A DNA stretch of 64,000 nt, from contig OZ220748.1 in assembly GCA_965117035.1 (NCBI GenBank), positions 3,519,392 to 3,583,391 on the forward strand, given 5' to 3'. The position numbers and the translations under genes are program-made. The DNA is from Dehalococcoidia bacterium (lineage in GTDB: Bacteria > Chloroflexota > Dehalococcoidia > Lucifugimonadales > CAZENU01). Shown piece by piece: positions 1 to 7,309 of the stretch (position 1 is its first letter; each line of letters begins with the position of its first letter). The notes beneath the pieces are model-generated. The model saw nothing but the letters and a program-made list of their open reading frames with translations. It ran no database searches and was not told where the DNA came from.

Positions 1-1154
1 CTCCGTTAGGGTTCCTGGCCGTCGTCTTGCTCGTGGTACTGGCTTGTACTGACGACGCCGAAGAAGAGGAAACGTTCAGGATAGGGGTGATGGAATCGGC
101 CACGGGTCCCGGCGAGACCTATGGCCGGGTGGCGGTCCAGGCCAAGCAGATGGCCGTGGCCGAGATCAACGCGGCGGGCGGCATCAACGGCCGCAAGCTG
201 GAGCTGGTCGTCGAGGACTCGAAGTGCAACGCCCAGGATGCCATCACCGCCTATAACAAGCTGACCGACGTCGACGGCGTGAAGATCATCCTCGGCACCT
301 CGTGCAGCGGCGCCATGCTGGGGGCCGCTCCCCTGGCCGAGGCGGACGGCGTGATCCTGTTCTCGGGACTGGCGACCAATCCGGACATAGCCGAGGCCGG
401 CGACTACATCTTCCGGACGGCGATGAGCGACGCACAGCTCGGCATCGACACGGGCAACGAGCTGTGGGCCGACGGGATCCGCCGGCTGGCCACCATGACC
501 GAGTCGACCGACTACGCCGAGGGAGTGAGACGGACGACGGTGGCGCAGTTCACGAGCCTCGGCGGAGAGGTCGTCGCGGAGGAGCGGTACGCCTCGGACG
601 TCACGGACTTCAGGACCCAGCTTACGAAGCTGGTAGAGCAGAACCCCGACGCTATTCACGTCGCGGCCCAGTCTGAGTTCGCGGGCGGCACGATCGTCAA
701 GCAGTTGGGCGAGCTTGGCTATACGGGGAAACTCTACTCCGAGGTCGTGCCCGTCGGTGCGACGGCCCTGGAGATCGCCGGCGAGGCCGCTACCGGCCTG
801 AAGGCCGTCACGGCGGACCTCGATCCGGCCAACGACAAAGCGACGGAAGTGCTCGCCAACTTCAGGGGACAGTACGGCTACGTGACGCTGGCGTGGTACC
901 TGGGCTCCGCGTACGACGACGTCTACATCGCCGCCCATTGCCTGGAGGAGACCGGCGACGACCAGGACGCCGACGGGTTCCGCGACTGCATGTACGGGAT
1001 ATCGTGGAGCGGGGCAATCGGCGACAACTACAGCTTCGATGACAAGGGCGAGGTTGTGGGCCTGTCCAACGTGGTGGTGGAAGTCCTTCCCGTAGCCGAG
1101 AGGAACGAGAGCAACCAGGGCTACAAGGTGCTGGGCGGCGCGCCCACCAAGTAG
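1..1154 (+). CDS. ABC transporter substrate-binding lipoprotein, branched-chain amino acid (LivJ/LivK-like) family; 5' end cut by window edge
   Basis: The frame of ORF 27..1154 stays open back to base 3. The N-terminal ...GFLAVVLLVVLAC/TDD looks like a lipobox whose start lies upstream of the window. The body carries Leu/Ile/Val-binding-protein-like motifs (AVAEINAAGGINGRKLELVVEDSKC, ILGTSCSG). It is followed by livHMGF-type genes. Confidence 0.85.
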   Translation, partial: PLGFLAVVLLVVLACTDDAEEEETFRIGVMESATGPGETYGRVAVQAKQMAVAEINAAGGINGRKLELVVEDSKCNAQDAITAYNKLTDVDGVKIILGTSCSGAMLGAAPLAEADGVILFSGLATNPDIAEAGDYIFRTAMSDAQLGIDTGNELWADGIRRLATMTESTDYAEGVRRTTVAQFTSLGGEVVAEERYASDVTDFRTQLTKLVEQNPDAIHVAAQSEFAGGTIVKQLGELGYTGKLYSEVVPVGATALEIAGEAATGLKAVTADLDPANDKATEVLANFRGQYGYVTLAWYLGSAYDDVYIAAHCLEETGDDQDADGFRDCMYGISWSGAIGDNYSFDDKGEVVGLSNVVVEVLPVAERNESNQGYKVLGGAPTK

Positions 1155-1323
1155 GGCGAATCGGCCAGCGCGGAGACGTCCCCAGGCCAACAGGTGAGTC
1201 TTCAACCGGCGGGCGCCCGACGCCCGTCGGCGCCGGATCCGGCGACCGGGCGGCGTGGGCCGCCGCCGTCGGGTCGGGCTCGGTAGGCCGTTCGACATGG
1301 ACGGCCTACCGTTGTGGAGGGCG

Positions 1324-2673
1324 ATGCTGAGAATTAGCGAACGTCCGGACAAGATCCTGGCGACCGTCCTGATAGTGGTGGCGGTCGCGTACGTCGGTTG
1401 GAAGATCACCCAGTCGCCCGGCCAGTCGCTGCAGTTCGCCTTCAACGGGCTTGCCGTGGGCGCGGTGTACGCCCTGCTGGCGATGGGCTTTACGATCGTC
1501 TACAGCACCGTCTGGTTCTTCGATCTCTACTACGGCGCCGCCGCGGCGATAGGAGCGTACGGGGTCTTCTACCTGAGGTCCCACGACACGCTCGGAGGGC
1601 AGTACCAGGTCGCGAACGTCTACGTCGACGTCACGTTCGGCGCCCTGGTCGCCGGTGTCGTCGCGTGGGCGCTCCACGTGGGCGTCTATCCGCGCCTGCG
1701 GACGCGGTTCAACTCGACGGCCCTGCTCGTGGTCGGGGGCGTCCTTGCCGCGGCCTGCGGGGCCTACGTCTGGTACGTCCTCGCCAATCCCGAGGAGCTG
1801 AACACGGTGCTCAGTCCCGCGGTGGGCGCGTCGGCCGCCGCCGCGGTGGGCTGGGTCCTGCACGTGGCGTATCGACGCGTCTGGCCGCATGCCGGGCTGA
1901 CGCCGTTTCTGATAGCTGCCGCTGTCCCGGCCGCCGCCGCGGGCGTGTACGGCGGGCTCTTCGTGGCCGCCAGTCCGGGATCGAACCTCTACCTGAGCTG
2001 GGCGGTGTCGTGTCTCCTTGCGGGGGCCGTTGGGCTGGCCCTGTACCGTGGCCTGTACGTCTACATGCGGGAGCGGTCGCGGTCGCCGCTGATCATGCTC
2101 GTGGCGACATTGGGAATCCTGCTGGCGCTGACCGCCCTGACGACGATCGTGTTCCAGAGCGCGCCGCGTCCCCTTCCGGATGCGTTCGGCAGCGATCCCT
2201 GGACGATCGGCGGGGCGAACATCAAGGGGTTCAACGTCTTCCAGGTCGGCGTGGCCCTCGCGGGGTTCGTCGGGCTGCTGCTCCTGCTGAAGATGACCGC
2301 CTTCGGAAAGGCGGTGCGGGCCATCGGCGACGACGAGGAGGTGTCGAAGGTGGTCGGGATCAACACCACCGTGGTGATCTCGATCGTCTTCTTCATGGGG
2401 GCGGTGTTCGCGGCGTTCGCCGGGGTGTTGAGCGGTCACGACACCGCCCTGCAGCCCCGAATGGGCCTGCTGCTCCTGCTGAAGGGCTGGATAGCTTCCG
2501 TGGTCGGGGGCATCGGCAACCTGTACGGCGCGATTCTCGGCGGGTTCGTGCTGGGGATGGTCGAGCAGTTCGGGATCTGGGACCTGGCGGGCGAGTGGAA
2601 GGACGCCATATCCTTCATCCTGTTGATCCTGTTCCTGTCGTTCTGGCCCAAAGGCATGCTGCCCAGGAGGTAG
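1324..2673 (+). CDS. livH: Branched-chain amino acid ABC transporter permease (LivH-type) with an unusually long internal hydrophobic insertion
   Basis: ORF 1255..2673. LivH-type motifs are present (FAFNGLAVGAVYALLAMGFTIVYS; C-terminal GGIGNLYGAILGG). The start is ambiguous (1255, 1297 or 1324); I chose 1324 because GGAGG lies just upstream. Confidence 0.8.
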   Translation: MLRISERPDKILATVLIVVAVAYVGWKITQSPGQSLQFAFNGLAVGAVYALLAMGFTIVYSTVWFFDLYYGAAAAIGAYGVFYLRSHDTLGGQYQVANVYVDVTFGALVAGVVAWALHVGVYPRLRTRFNSTALLVVGGVLAAACGAYVWYVLANPEELNTVLSPAVGASAAAAVGWVLHVAYRRVWPHAGLTPFLIAAAVPAAAAGVYGGLFVAASPGSNLYLSWAVSCLLAGAVGLALYRGLYVYMRERSRSPLIMLVATLGILLALTALTTIVFQSAPRPLPDAFGSDPWTIGGANIKGFNVFQVGVALAGFVGLLLLLKMTAFGKAVRAIGDDEEVSKVVGINTTVVISIVFFMGAVFAAFAGVLSGHDTALQPRMGLLLLLKGWIASVVGGIGNLYGAILGGFVLGMVEQFGIWDLAGEWKDAISFILLILFLSFWPKGMLPRR

Positions 2674-2684
2674 ATACGACCGCG

Positions 2685-3734
2685 ATGAGCTCACGGGCGC
2701 AGGACATACTCGGAAGGTTCGCGCGCGCCCCCCGGGGCCTGCTTCGGTTTCCCAGGGGCAACGTCGAGCTATGGGCGAACCTGATCGTCATCACGTGGGC
2801 CGCCGCGTTCATGGTGTGGAAGGGCACCGGGTTCGCGGTGAGCGTGGGCACCGTCTTCGCGATCTGGGCGATACTGGCGGTCAGCCTGAACCTGATCGTG
2901 GGCTACGCCGGGCTGCTGTCGGTAGGCCACATCGGCTTTTTCGGCATTGGCGCCTATGCGATGGCGTTCCTCACGTCGGACGCCGCCTACGAGCAGCTCC
3001 GGACCGAAGCCATTCCGACGCTGGGCTGGCCCTTCTTCGCCGCGCTGCCGGTCAGCGTGATCCTGGCGGGCCTGGTCGCGATCGTTGTGGGCGTGGTATT
3101 CAACAGGTTCAGGGACGACATATACGTCCTCGTGTCTTTCGGGTTCGCGATAATCGCCTTCAGCGTCTTCCTGAACCTGCGCAGCGTGACGAGAGGCGCC
3201 TTCGGCATCCACGAAATAGAAAAGCCCAGCATAGGCGGGTGGGAGCTGGGCGGCGACGTCGAGTTCCTCGCGCTGGCGTTGGCGTTCCTGGTGTTGGTCA
3301 TGCTGGTCTCGTGGCTGATCGTGACGTCCTCTTTCGGACGGGTGCTGACCGCGATCCGGGAGGACGAGCAGGCCACGGAGGTCTTCGGCTACCGGGTGAC
3401 GCACTACAAGCTGGCCATATGGGTCATCTCCGCCATGATGGCGGGACTCGCGGGCGGGCTGTTCGCGAGCTGGGCCACCTTCATCGACCCCAACTCCTTC
3501 GTCCTGCTGGAGTCGATCCTGCTGATATCGATCGTGATCCTGGGAGGGCTGGCGACGATCTGGGGCTCGCTCCTCGGCGCGATGTCGTTCGTGCTGCTCG
3601 ACGAAGGTATGCGCTTTCTGCCGTACCTGCCGGACGAGCACGTCGGGCAGGTACGGCAGGTGGTGTTGGGGGTCCTGCTGGTGTTGCTGATGCTGTTCAG
3701 GCCGCAGGGCCTTACGGGGAGATACAAGCTGTGA
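2685..3734 (+). CDS. livM: Branched-chain amino acid ABC transporter permease (LivM-type)
   Basis: An in-frame ATG at 2685 lies inside the long ORF 1398..3734, 11 nt after the livH stop. The motif LNLIVGYAGLLSVGHIGFFGIGAY and the multi-TM body are typical of LivM. The upstream 430 codons of the ORF are Arg/Gly-rich shadow sequence. Confidence 0.85.
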   Translation: MSSRAQDILGRFARAPRGLLRFPRGNVELWANLIVITWAAAFMVWKGTGFAVSVGTVFAIWAILAVSLNLIVGYAGLLSVGHIGFFGIGAYAMAFLTSDAAYEQLRTEAIPTLGWPFFAALPVSVILAGLVAIVVGVVFNRFRDDIYVLVSFGFAIIAFSVFLNLRSVTRGAFGIHEIEKPSIGGWELGGDVEFLALALAFLVLVMLVSWLIVTSSFGRVLTAIREDEQATEVFGYRVTHYKLAIWVISAMMAGLAGGLFASWATFIDPNSFVLLESILLISIVILGGLATIWGSLLGAMSFVLLDEGMRFLPYLPDEHVGQVRQVVLGVLLVLLMLFRPQGLTGRYKL

Positions 3735-4492
3735 GCGCCCAGCAGATGGACCTGGACGATATCTTCGGCCTCAGGACGAAGGAGATCTCGAAGCACTTCG
3801 GCGCGGTCAAGGCCGTGGACCGGCTGTCCATGTCGATCTTCCGCGAGTGGATAACCTGCATCGTCGGGCCGAACGGGTCGGGGAAATCGACCCTCGTGAA
3901 CCTGCTGAGCGGGATACTCCCGATCGACGAGGGGATAGTGGTCATCGACGGCGTCGGCATGAAGGTGGTCCGCGCTCACGAGACTCCCGCTCATGGCATC
4001 ACCAGGACGTTCCAGGAGGTCAGGCTCTTCGACCAGATCAGCGTCTGGGACAACATCATGGTGGTACTGACGGCCCGCGGCGTCTTCAGGGCCCTGCTGC
4101 AACGCGGGCAGCCAGATCGCGAGGAGCGAGCGGAGGATATCCTGAAGAAGGTCGGCATGTGGGAGAAGCGGGACTCCCTCGCCATGGACCTCTCCTACGG
4201 CCAGCGAAAGCTGCTGGAAATCGGGCGGGCGATGGCGCTGGACGTCAACATATACCTGTTCGACGAGCCCTTCGCCGGTCTGTTCCCCCAGATGCTGGAG
4301 AGGGTCAAGGCCATACTGAAGGACATGCGGGAGCACGGCAAGACCATCATCTTCGTTTCCCACAACATGGATATCGTTCGCGAGCTGTCGGACCACCTCT
4401 TCGTCCTGGACGCGGGCGCCCTGCTCGGCGTCGGGGACGTCGAGGAGGTGCTGAGCCGACCGGAGGTGATAGACGCCTACCTGGGCCTCTAG
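3731..4492 (+). CDS. livG: ABC transporter ATP-binding protein (LivG-type)
   Basis: GTG at 3731 overlaps the livM stop (GTGA). Walker A is GPNGSGKST, the ABC signature is LSYGQRKLLEIGRA, and Walker B is IYLFDEP. Confidence 0.9.
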   Translation: MSAQQMDLDDIFGLRTKEISKHFGAVKAVDRLSMSIFREWITCIVGPNGSGKSTLVNLLSGILPIDEGIVVIDGVGMKVVRAHETPAHGITRTFQEVRLFDQISVWDNIMVVLTARGVFRALLQRGQPDREERAEDILKKVGMWEKRDSLAMDLSYGQRKLLEIGRAMALDVNIYLFDEPFAGLFPQMLERVKAILKDMREHGKTIIFVSHNMDIVRELSDHLFVLDAGALLGVGDVEEVLSRPEVIDAYLGL

Positions 4493-4493
4493 C

Positions 4494-5273
4494 GTGTTCC
4501 CGGAGGCTCCCGAGGCGCTGCCGATGGACAAGCAAGACATACCAGCGATGGAACAGGACGCCATGCTGCTCGAGCTGGTCGACGTGTCGGTGAGCTACGG
4601 CGCGGTGCGGGCGCTCGAGCAGGCGTCGTTGGGCGTCCGCAAGGGCGAGGTCGTCGCCGTCATGGGCCCCAACGGGGCCGGGAAGTCGACCGTGCTCAAG
4701 GCCATCATGGGGCTGGCGCCAGTGGTGTCCGGCGACGTCTACTGGCGCGGCGACAGGCTGGCGGCTGCCACCCACGAGATCGTCAAGGAGGGGATTGCCT
4801 TCGTCCCGCAGGGCAGGCGGGTGTTCACGAACCTGACGATCGAAGAGAACCTGGAGATGGGCTGCCTGTACCTGGGCGACCAGCGGGAGAAGCAACGCCG
4901 CCTCGATGCCGTGCTGGAGCTGTTCCCGATACTGTACGAGAAGCGGCGCGACGCGGCGAGCCAGATGTCGGGCGGCCAGCAGCAGATGCTGGCCCTCGGC
5001 CGCGGCCTGATGGCCGGCCCCGACGTCCTCTTGCTCGACGAGCCCACGCTCGGACTGGCGCCGAGAGTGGTCAAGGAAGTGTTCGAGAAGGTCGCCGAGA
5101 TCAGTGATCGGCTCCGGACCACCATCTTCGTCGTCGAGCACAACATCAAGGGCGTGCTGGACATAGTGGACAGGGCGTATGTCCTGAACATGGGGCGCGT
5201 CGTGCACTCAGGCACGCCGCAATCGGTCCGGGAGACCGACATACTGACCCAGGTGTTCCTCGGCAGCGCCTGA
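4494..5273 (+). CDS. livF: ABC transporter ATP-binding protein (LivF-type)
   Basis: Walker A is GPNGAGKST, the signature is MSGGQQQMLALGRG, and Walker B is LLLDEP. The start is ambiguous (GTG 4494 or ATG 4524/4548/4563). Confidence 0.9.
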   Translation: MFPEAPEALPMDKQDIPAMEQDAMLLELVDVSVSYGAVRALEQASLGVRKGEVVAVMGPNGAGKSTVLKAIMGLAPVVSGDVYWRGDRLAAATHEIVKEGIAFVPQGRRVFTNLTIEENLEMGCLYLGDQREKQRRLDAVLELFPILYEKRRDAASQMSGGQQQMLALGRGLMAGPDVLLLDEPTLGLAPRVVKEVFEKVAEISDRLRTTIFVVEHNIKGVLDIVDRAYVLNMGRVVHSGTPQSVRETDILTQVFLGSA

Positions 5274-5329
5274 CCGGGAAGTAGTCCGCGGCCCCGGTGG
5301 CGTTCCGGCGTCGCGGGGCAGTCGGTCGA

Positions 5330-5758
5330 TCAGGCGGGCCGCTCGTGGGGGCCGTGCCCGTACAGGAAGCCGATCCCAGACCATATGGTGGCCCAGCCGC
5401 CGGCGCCCTGCGCGGCGGGCGACACGCGACCGCCGGGGCGAGCGGCCGACCTGGCCTGAAGGCCCACGACCGACGCGAGCGGTATCTGGAACTCGCCGTT
5501 CTTCTTCGTCGCGTCGAGCGCCTTGCCGCGCACGAGCTCCCTGACGTACTCCTGGCTGAATCCCAGGATGCGGCCTGCCGTCGACGTCTTGATGCTCAGT
5601 GTCCGCAGATCGACCTCCGCGTCCGCGTCGTAAGCCGCGAGCGCGATCAGCACGGCCCGGCTGAAGTTCGAGACGTGGGCGGCGAGGTCCTCGTCTCCAG
5701 ACGCGGCGGCCTCCTCCAGCTTCTCGACGACCCGCGCCCGGGCCTCTGCGACCTTCAT
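5330..5758 (-). CDS. Hypothetical DNA-binding protein with C-terminal excisionase/MerR-type helix-turn-helix
   Basis: 142-aa ORF with a GGAGGG RBS upstream. The segment TSTAGRILGFSQEYVRELVRGKALDATKKNGEFQIPLASV reads like an HTH_17-type motif. I recognised no further family. Confidence 0.5.
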   Translation of the reverse strand: MKVAEARARVVEKLEEAAASGDEDLAAHVSNFSRAVLIALAAYDADAEVDLRTLSIKTSTAGRILGFSQEYVRELVRGKALDATKKNGEFQIPLASVVGLQARSAARPGGRVSPAAQGAGGWATIWSGIGFLYGHGPHERPA

Positions 5759-5837
5759 GGCTTATCCCTCCACGGTTGCTGATCGTGAGTTGAGACTACC
5801 ATAGCGGGACGCCAGACACAAGAATTCTTGTGCCTGG

Positions 5838-6231
5838 TAACTGTTCGGAGTAGCGTCGCCCTTCGTGGCGTCCCTCGATACACCCCGACGAAGCGTCGGG
5901 GCACTCGGGGCGAACGGGTTGATGGGACGGACGCCGCCCAGCCCCTGGATACCCGCCTGCGGAGACCCTTGCATAATCGTCGTTCCCGCGAAGGGAGACC
6001 TCTGCACAATCGTCGTTCCCGCGCAGAGAGACCCTCGCGTAACCGTCATTCCCGCGCAGAGCCTGCCCCCGTGCAGACGGGGGCGGGAACCCAGGGGGTG
6101 GGGCCCAGATACGAAATCGACGGATGTCCGCCCTGTCGGGCTCCCCCGCGAGGAGTTACGAAAAGATCTCCCTGCGCGGGTATGACGGAGCTCCGGTTGC
6201 CCTGACATCCTCACGGAGTCTGAACAGTTGC
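5838..6231. mobile_element. MITE-like non-autonomous element, copy A (composite, carries nested repeat modules)
   Basis: Termini are TAACTGTTCGGAG ... GAGTCTGAACAGTTGC (imperfect inverted repeats). The 9-bp direct repeat TGTGCCTGG lies at 5829-5837, with variant TGTGTCTGG at 6232-6240. Internally it holds the module CCTCGATAC-hairpin-ACTCGGGGCGAACGGG and three tandem (aa)tcgtc(g/a)ttcccgcg units. Confidence 0.55.
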
Positions 6232-6240
6232 TGTGTCTGG

Positions 6241-6449
6241 GTAACGATTCAGACCGAAGGGCCTCCCCTAGCTTTTCGTCGGCCCTGAGTGGGCCGCCGC
6301 TCGGTCCGGCCGGTATCCAGGGGCGGAGTCGGCGGTCGCTTGAGCCCCTCGATACGCGCCGCTCGAAGCAGCGGCGCTACTCGGGGTGAACGGGTTGTCT
6401 TGGGCGTGAGGTGGGGCATGACAGGCGTTCCGCGACTCTGAACAGGTAC
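6241..6449. mobile_element. MITE-like non-autonomous element, copy B
   Basis: Termini are GTAACGATTCAGAC ... CTCTGAACAGGTAC. It is followed by TGTGCCTGG (6450-6458), the same 9-mer that precedes copy A. It contains a variant of the CCTCGATAC-hairpin-ACTCGGGGTGAACGGG module. Confidence 0.55.
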
Positions 6450-6482
6450 TGTGCCTGGAGGCCCCTTGTCGAGACAAGAGAA

Positions 6483-6506
6483 GAGCCGGGCGCTGCCGCC
6501 CGGCTC
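6483..6506 (-). terminator. Stem-loop downstream of lexA (candidate intrinsic terminator)
   Basis: Perfect 10-bp stem GAGCCGGGCG/CGCCCGGCTC with a 4-nt loop, about 26 nt after the lexA stop. On the minus strand it is followed by TCTTCTCTTGTCT. Confidence 0.5.
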
Positions 6507-6531
6507 TCGTGGTCACCGATATGGACGTGGG

Positions 6532-7170
6532 CTACAGGGTGCGGACTACGCCGACGACGCGTCCCTGCACGGAGACGTTCTCGGCGGGGACGGTGATCGG
6601 CTCGACGGCGGCGTTGGCCGGCTGGAGGGTGACCATGCCGTCTCGCATCTGGAAGTGCTTCAGCGTGACCTCTTCCTGGTCCCGCAGCCATGCGGCGACC
6701 ATGTCGCCGTTGGAGGGGCTCTCGACGGGCTCCATCACGACGAGATCGCCGTCGGCGACGAGGGCGTCGATCATCGACTCGCCCTTGACGCGTACCGCGA
6801 ACACCTCCGACCTGCCGCCCATCATGGACGTGGGGAGGTCCACGTTATCGACGGCCTCGGTGCCCCAGGAGCCCGAGGGCGGCACGTGCAGCGGCTCGCC
6901 GGCCGCGATGGCGCCGAGCACGGGCACGGAGATCACGTCCCGCCGCGGTCCGGCCCCGTCCAGCAGCTCGATGCCCCTGGAGACCTCCGCCTGGCGACGG
7001 ATGTAGCCCTCGCGCTGCAGGATGCGCAGGTTGTAGTCGACCACGGAGGTCGAGCTGACGTCGCACGCCTCCTGGATGTCCCGGACGGTGGGCGGGTAGT
7101 GGTTCTCGTCGATGAAGTCGCGTATTGTCGTCAGTATGCACTTCTGCCGCTCGGAGAGCTTGCGCTTCAT
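6532..7170 (-). CDS. lexA: LexA repressor (SOS regulator, S24 peptidase)
   Basis: MKRKLSERQKCILTTIRDFIDENHYPPTVRDIQEA is the winged-HTH region. The AIAAGEP cleavage-site region, VKGESM (catalytic Ser) and a downstream Lys region are present. ATG 7170 was chosen (AGGAGG upstream) instead of the ORF-track start 7239. Confidence 0.9.
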   Translation of the reverse strand: MKRKLSERQKCILTTIRDFIDENHYPPTVRDIQEACDVSSTSVVDYNLRILQREGYIRRQAEVSRGIELLDGAGPRRDVISVPVLGAIAAGEPLHVPPSGSWGTEAVDNVDLPTSMMGGRSEVFAVRVKGESMIDALVADGDLVVMEPVESPSNGDMVAAWLRDQEEVTLKHFQMRDGMVTLQPANAAVEPITVPAENVSVQGRVVGVVRTL

Positions 7171-7210
7171 GGTGTGCCTCCTGGTAGCGCCGGGCGGGCC
7201 GGCCTCGAAA

Positions 7211-7258
7211 AGTACGAATGTTCCGAACAAACCTAGCACACATATGTTCGTCCGTCAA
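7211..7258 (-). promoter_or_regulatory. lexA promoter with two Cheo-box-like SOS operators
   Basis: The minus strand reads TTGACG-17 nt-TAGGTT. CGAACATATGTGTG (7237-7250) lies within the spacer, and GGAACATTCGTACT (7211-7224) lies just downstream. Both resemble GAAC-N4-GTTC with 1-2 mismatches. Confidence 0.5.
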
Positions 7259-7309
7259 GCGCGTGTATGCGACGCAACCGCTACATCCGGGCGCACGTCC
7301 CGGAGGCGA

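Noticed and set aside
5865-6185. ORFs in the 5760-6530 gap (5762..6214 -, 5828..6205 +, 5865..6185 +, 6268..6516 -)
   Set aside because: The region is fully explained by nested repeat elements. The peptides show the periodic IVVPA.../SRLRGND-type patterns typical of translated REP-like DNA.
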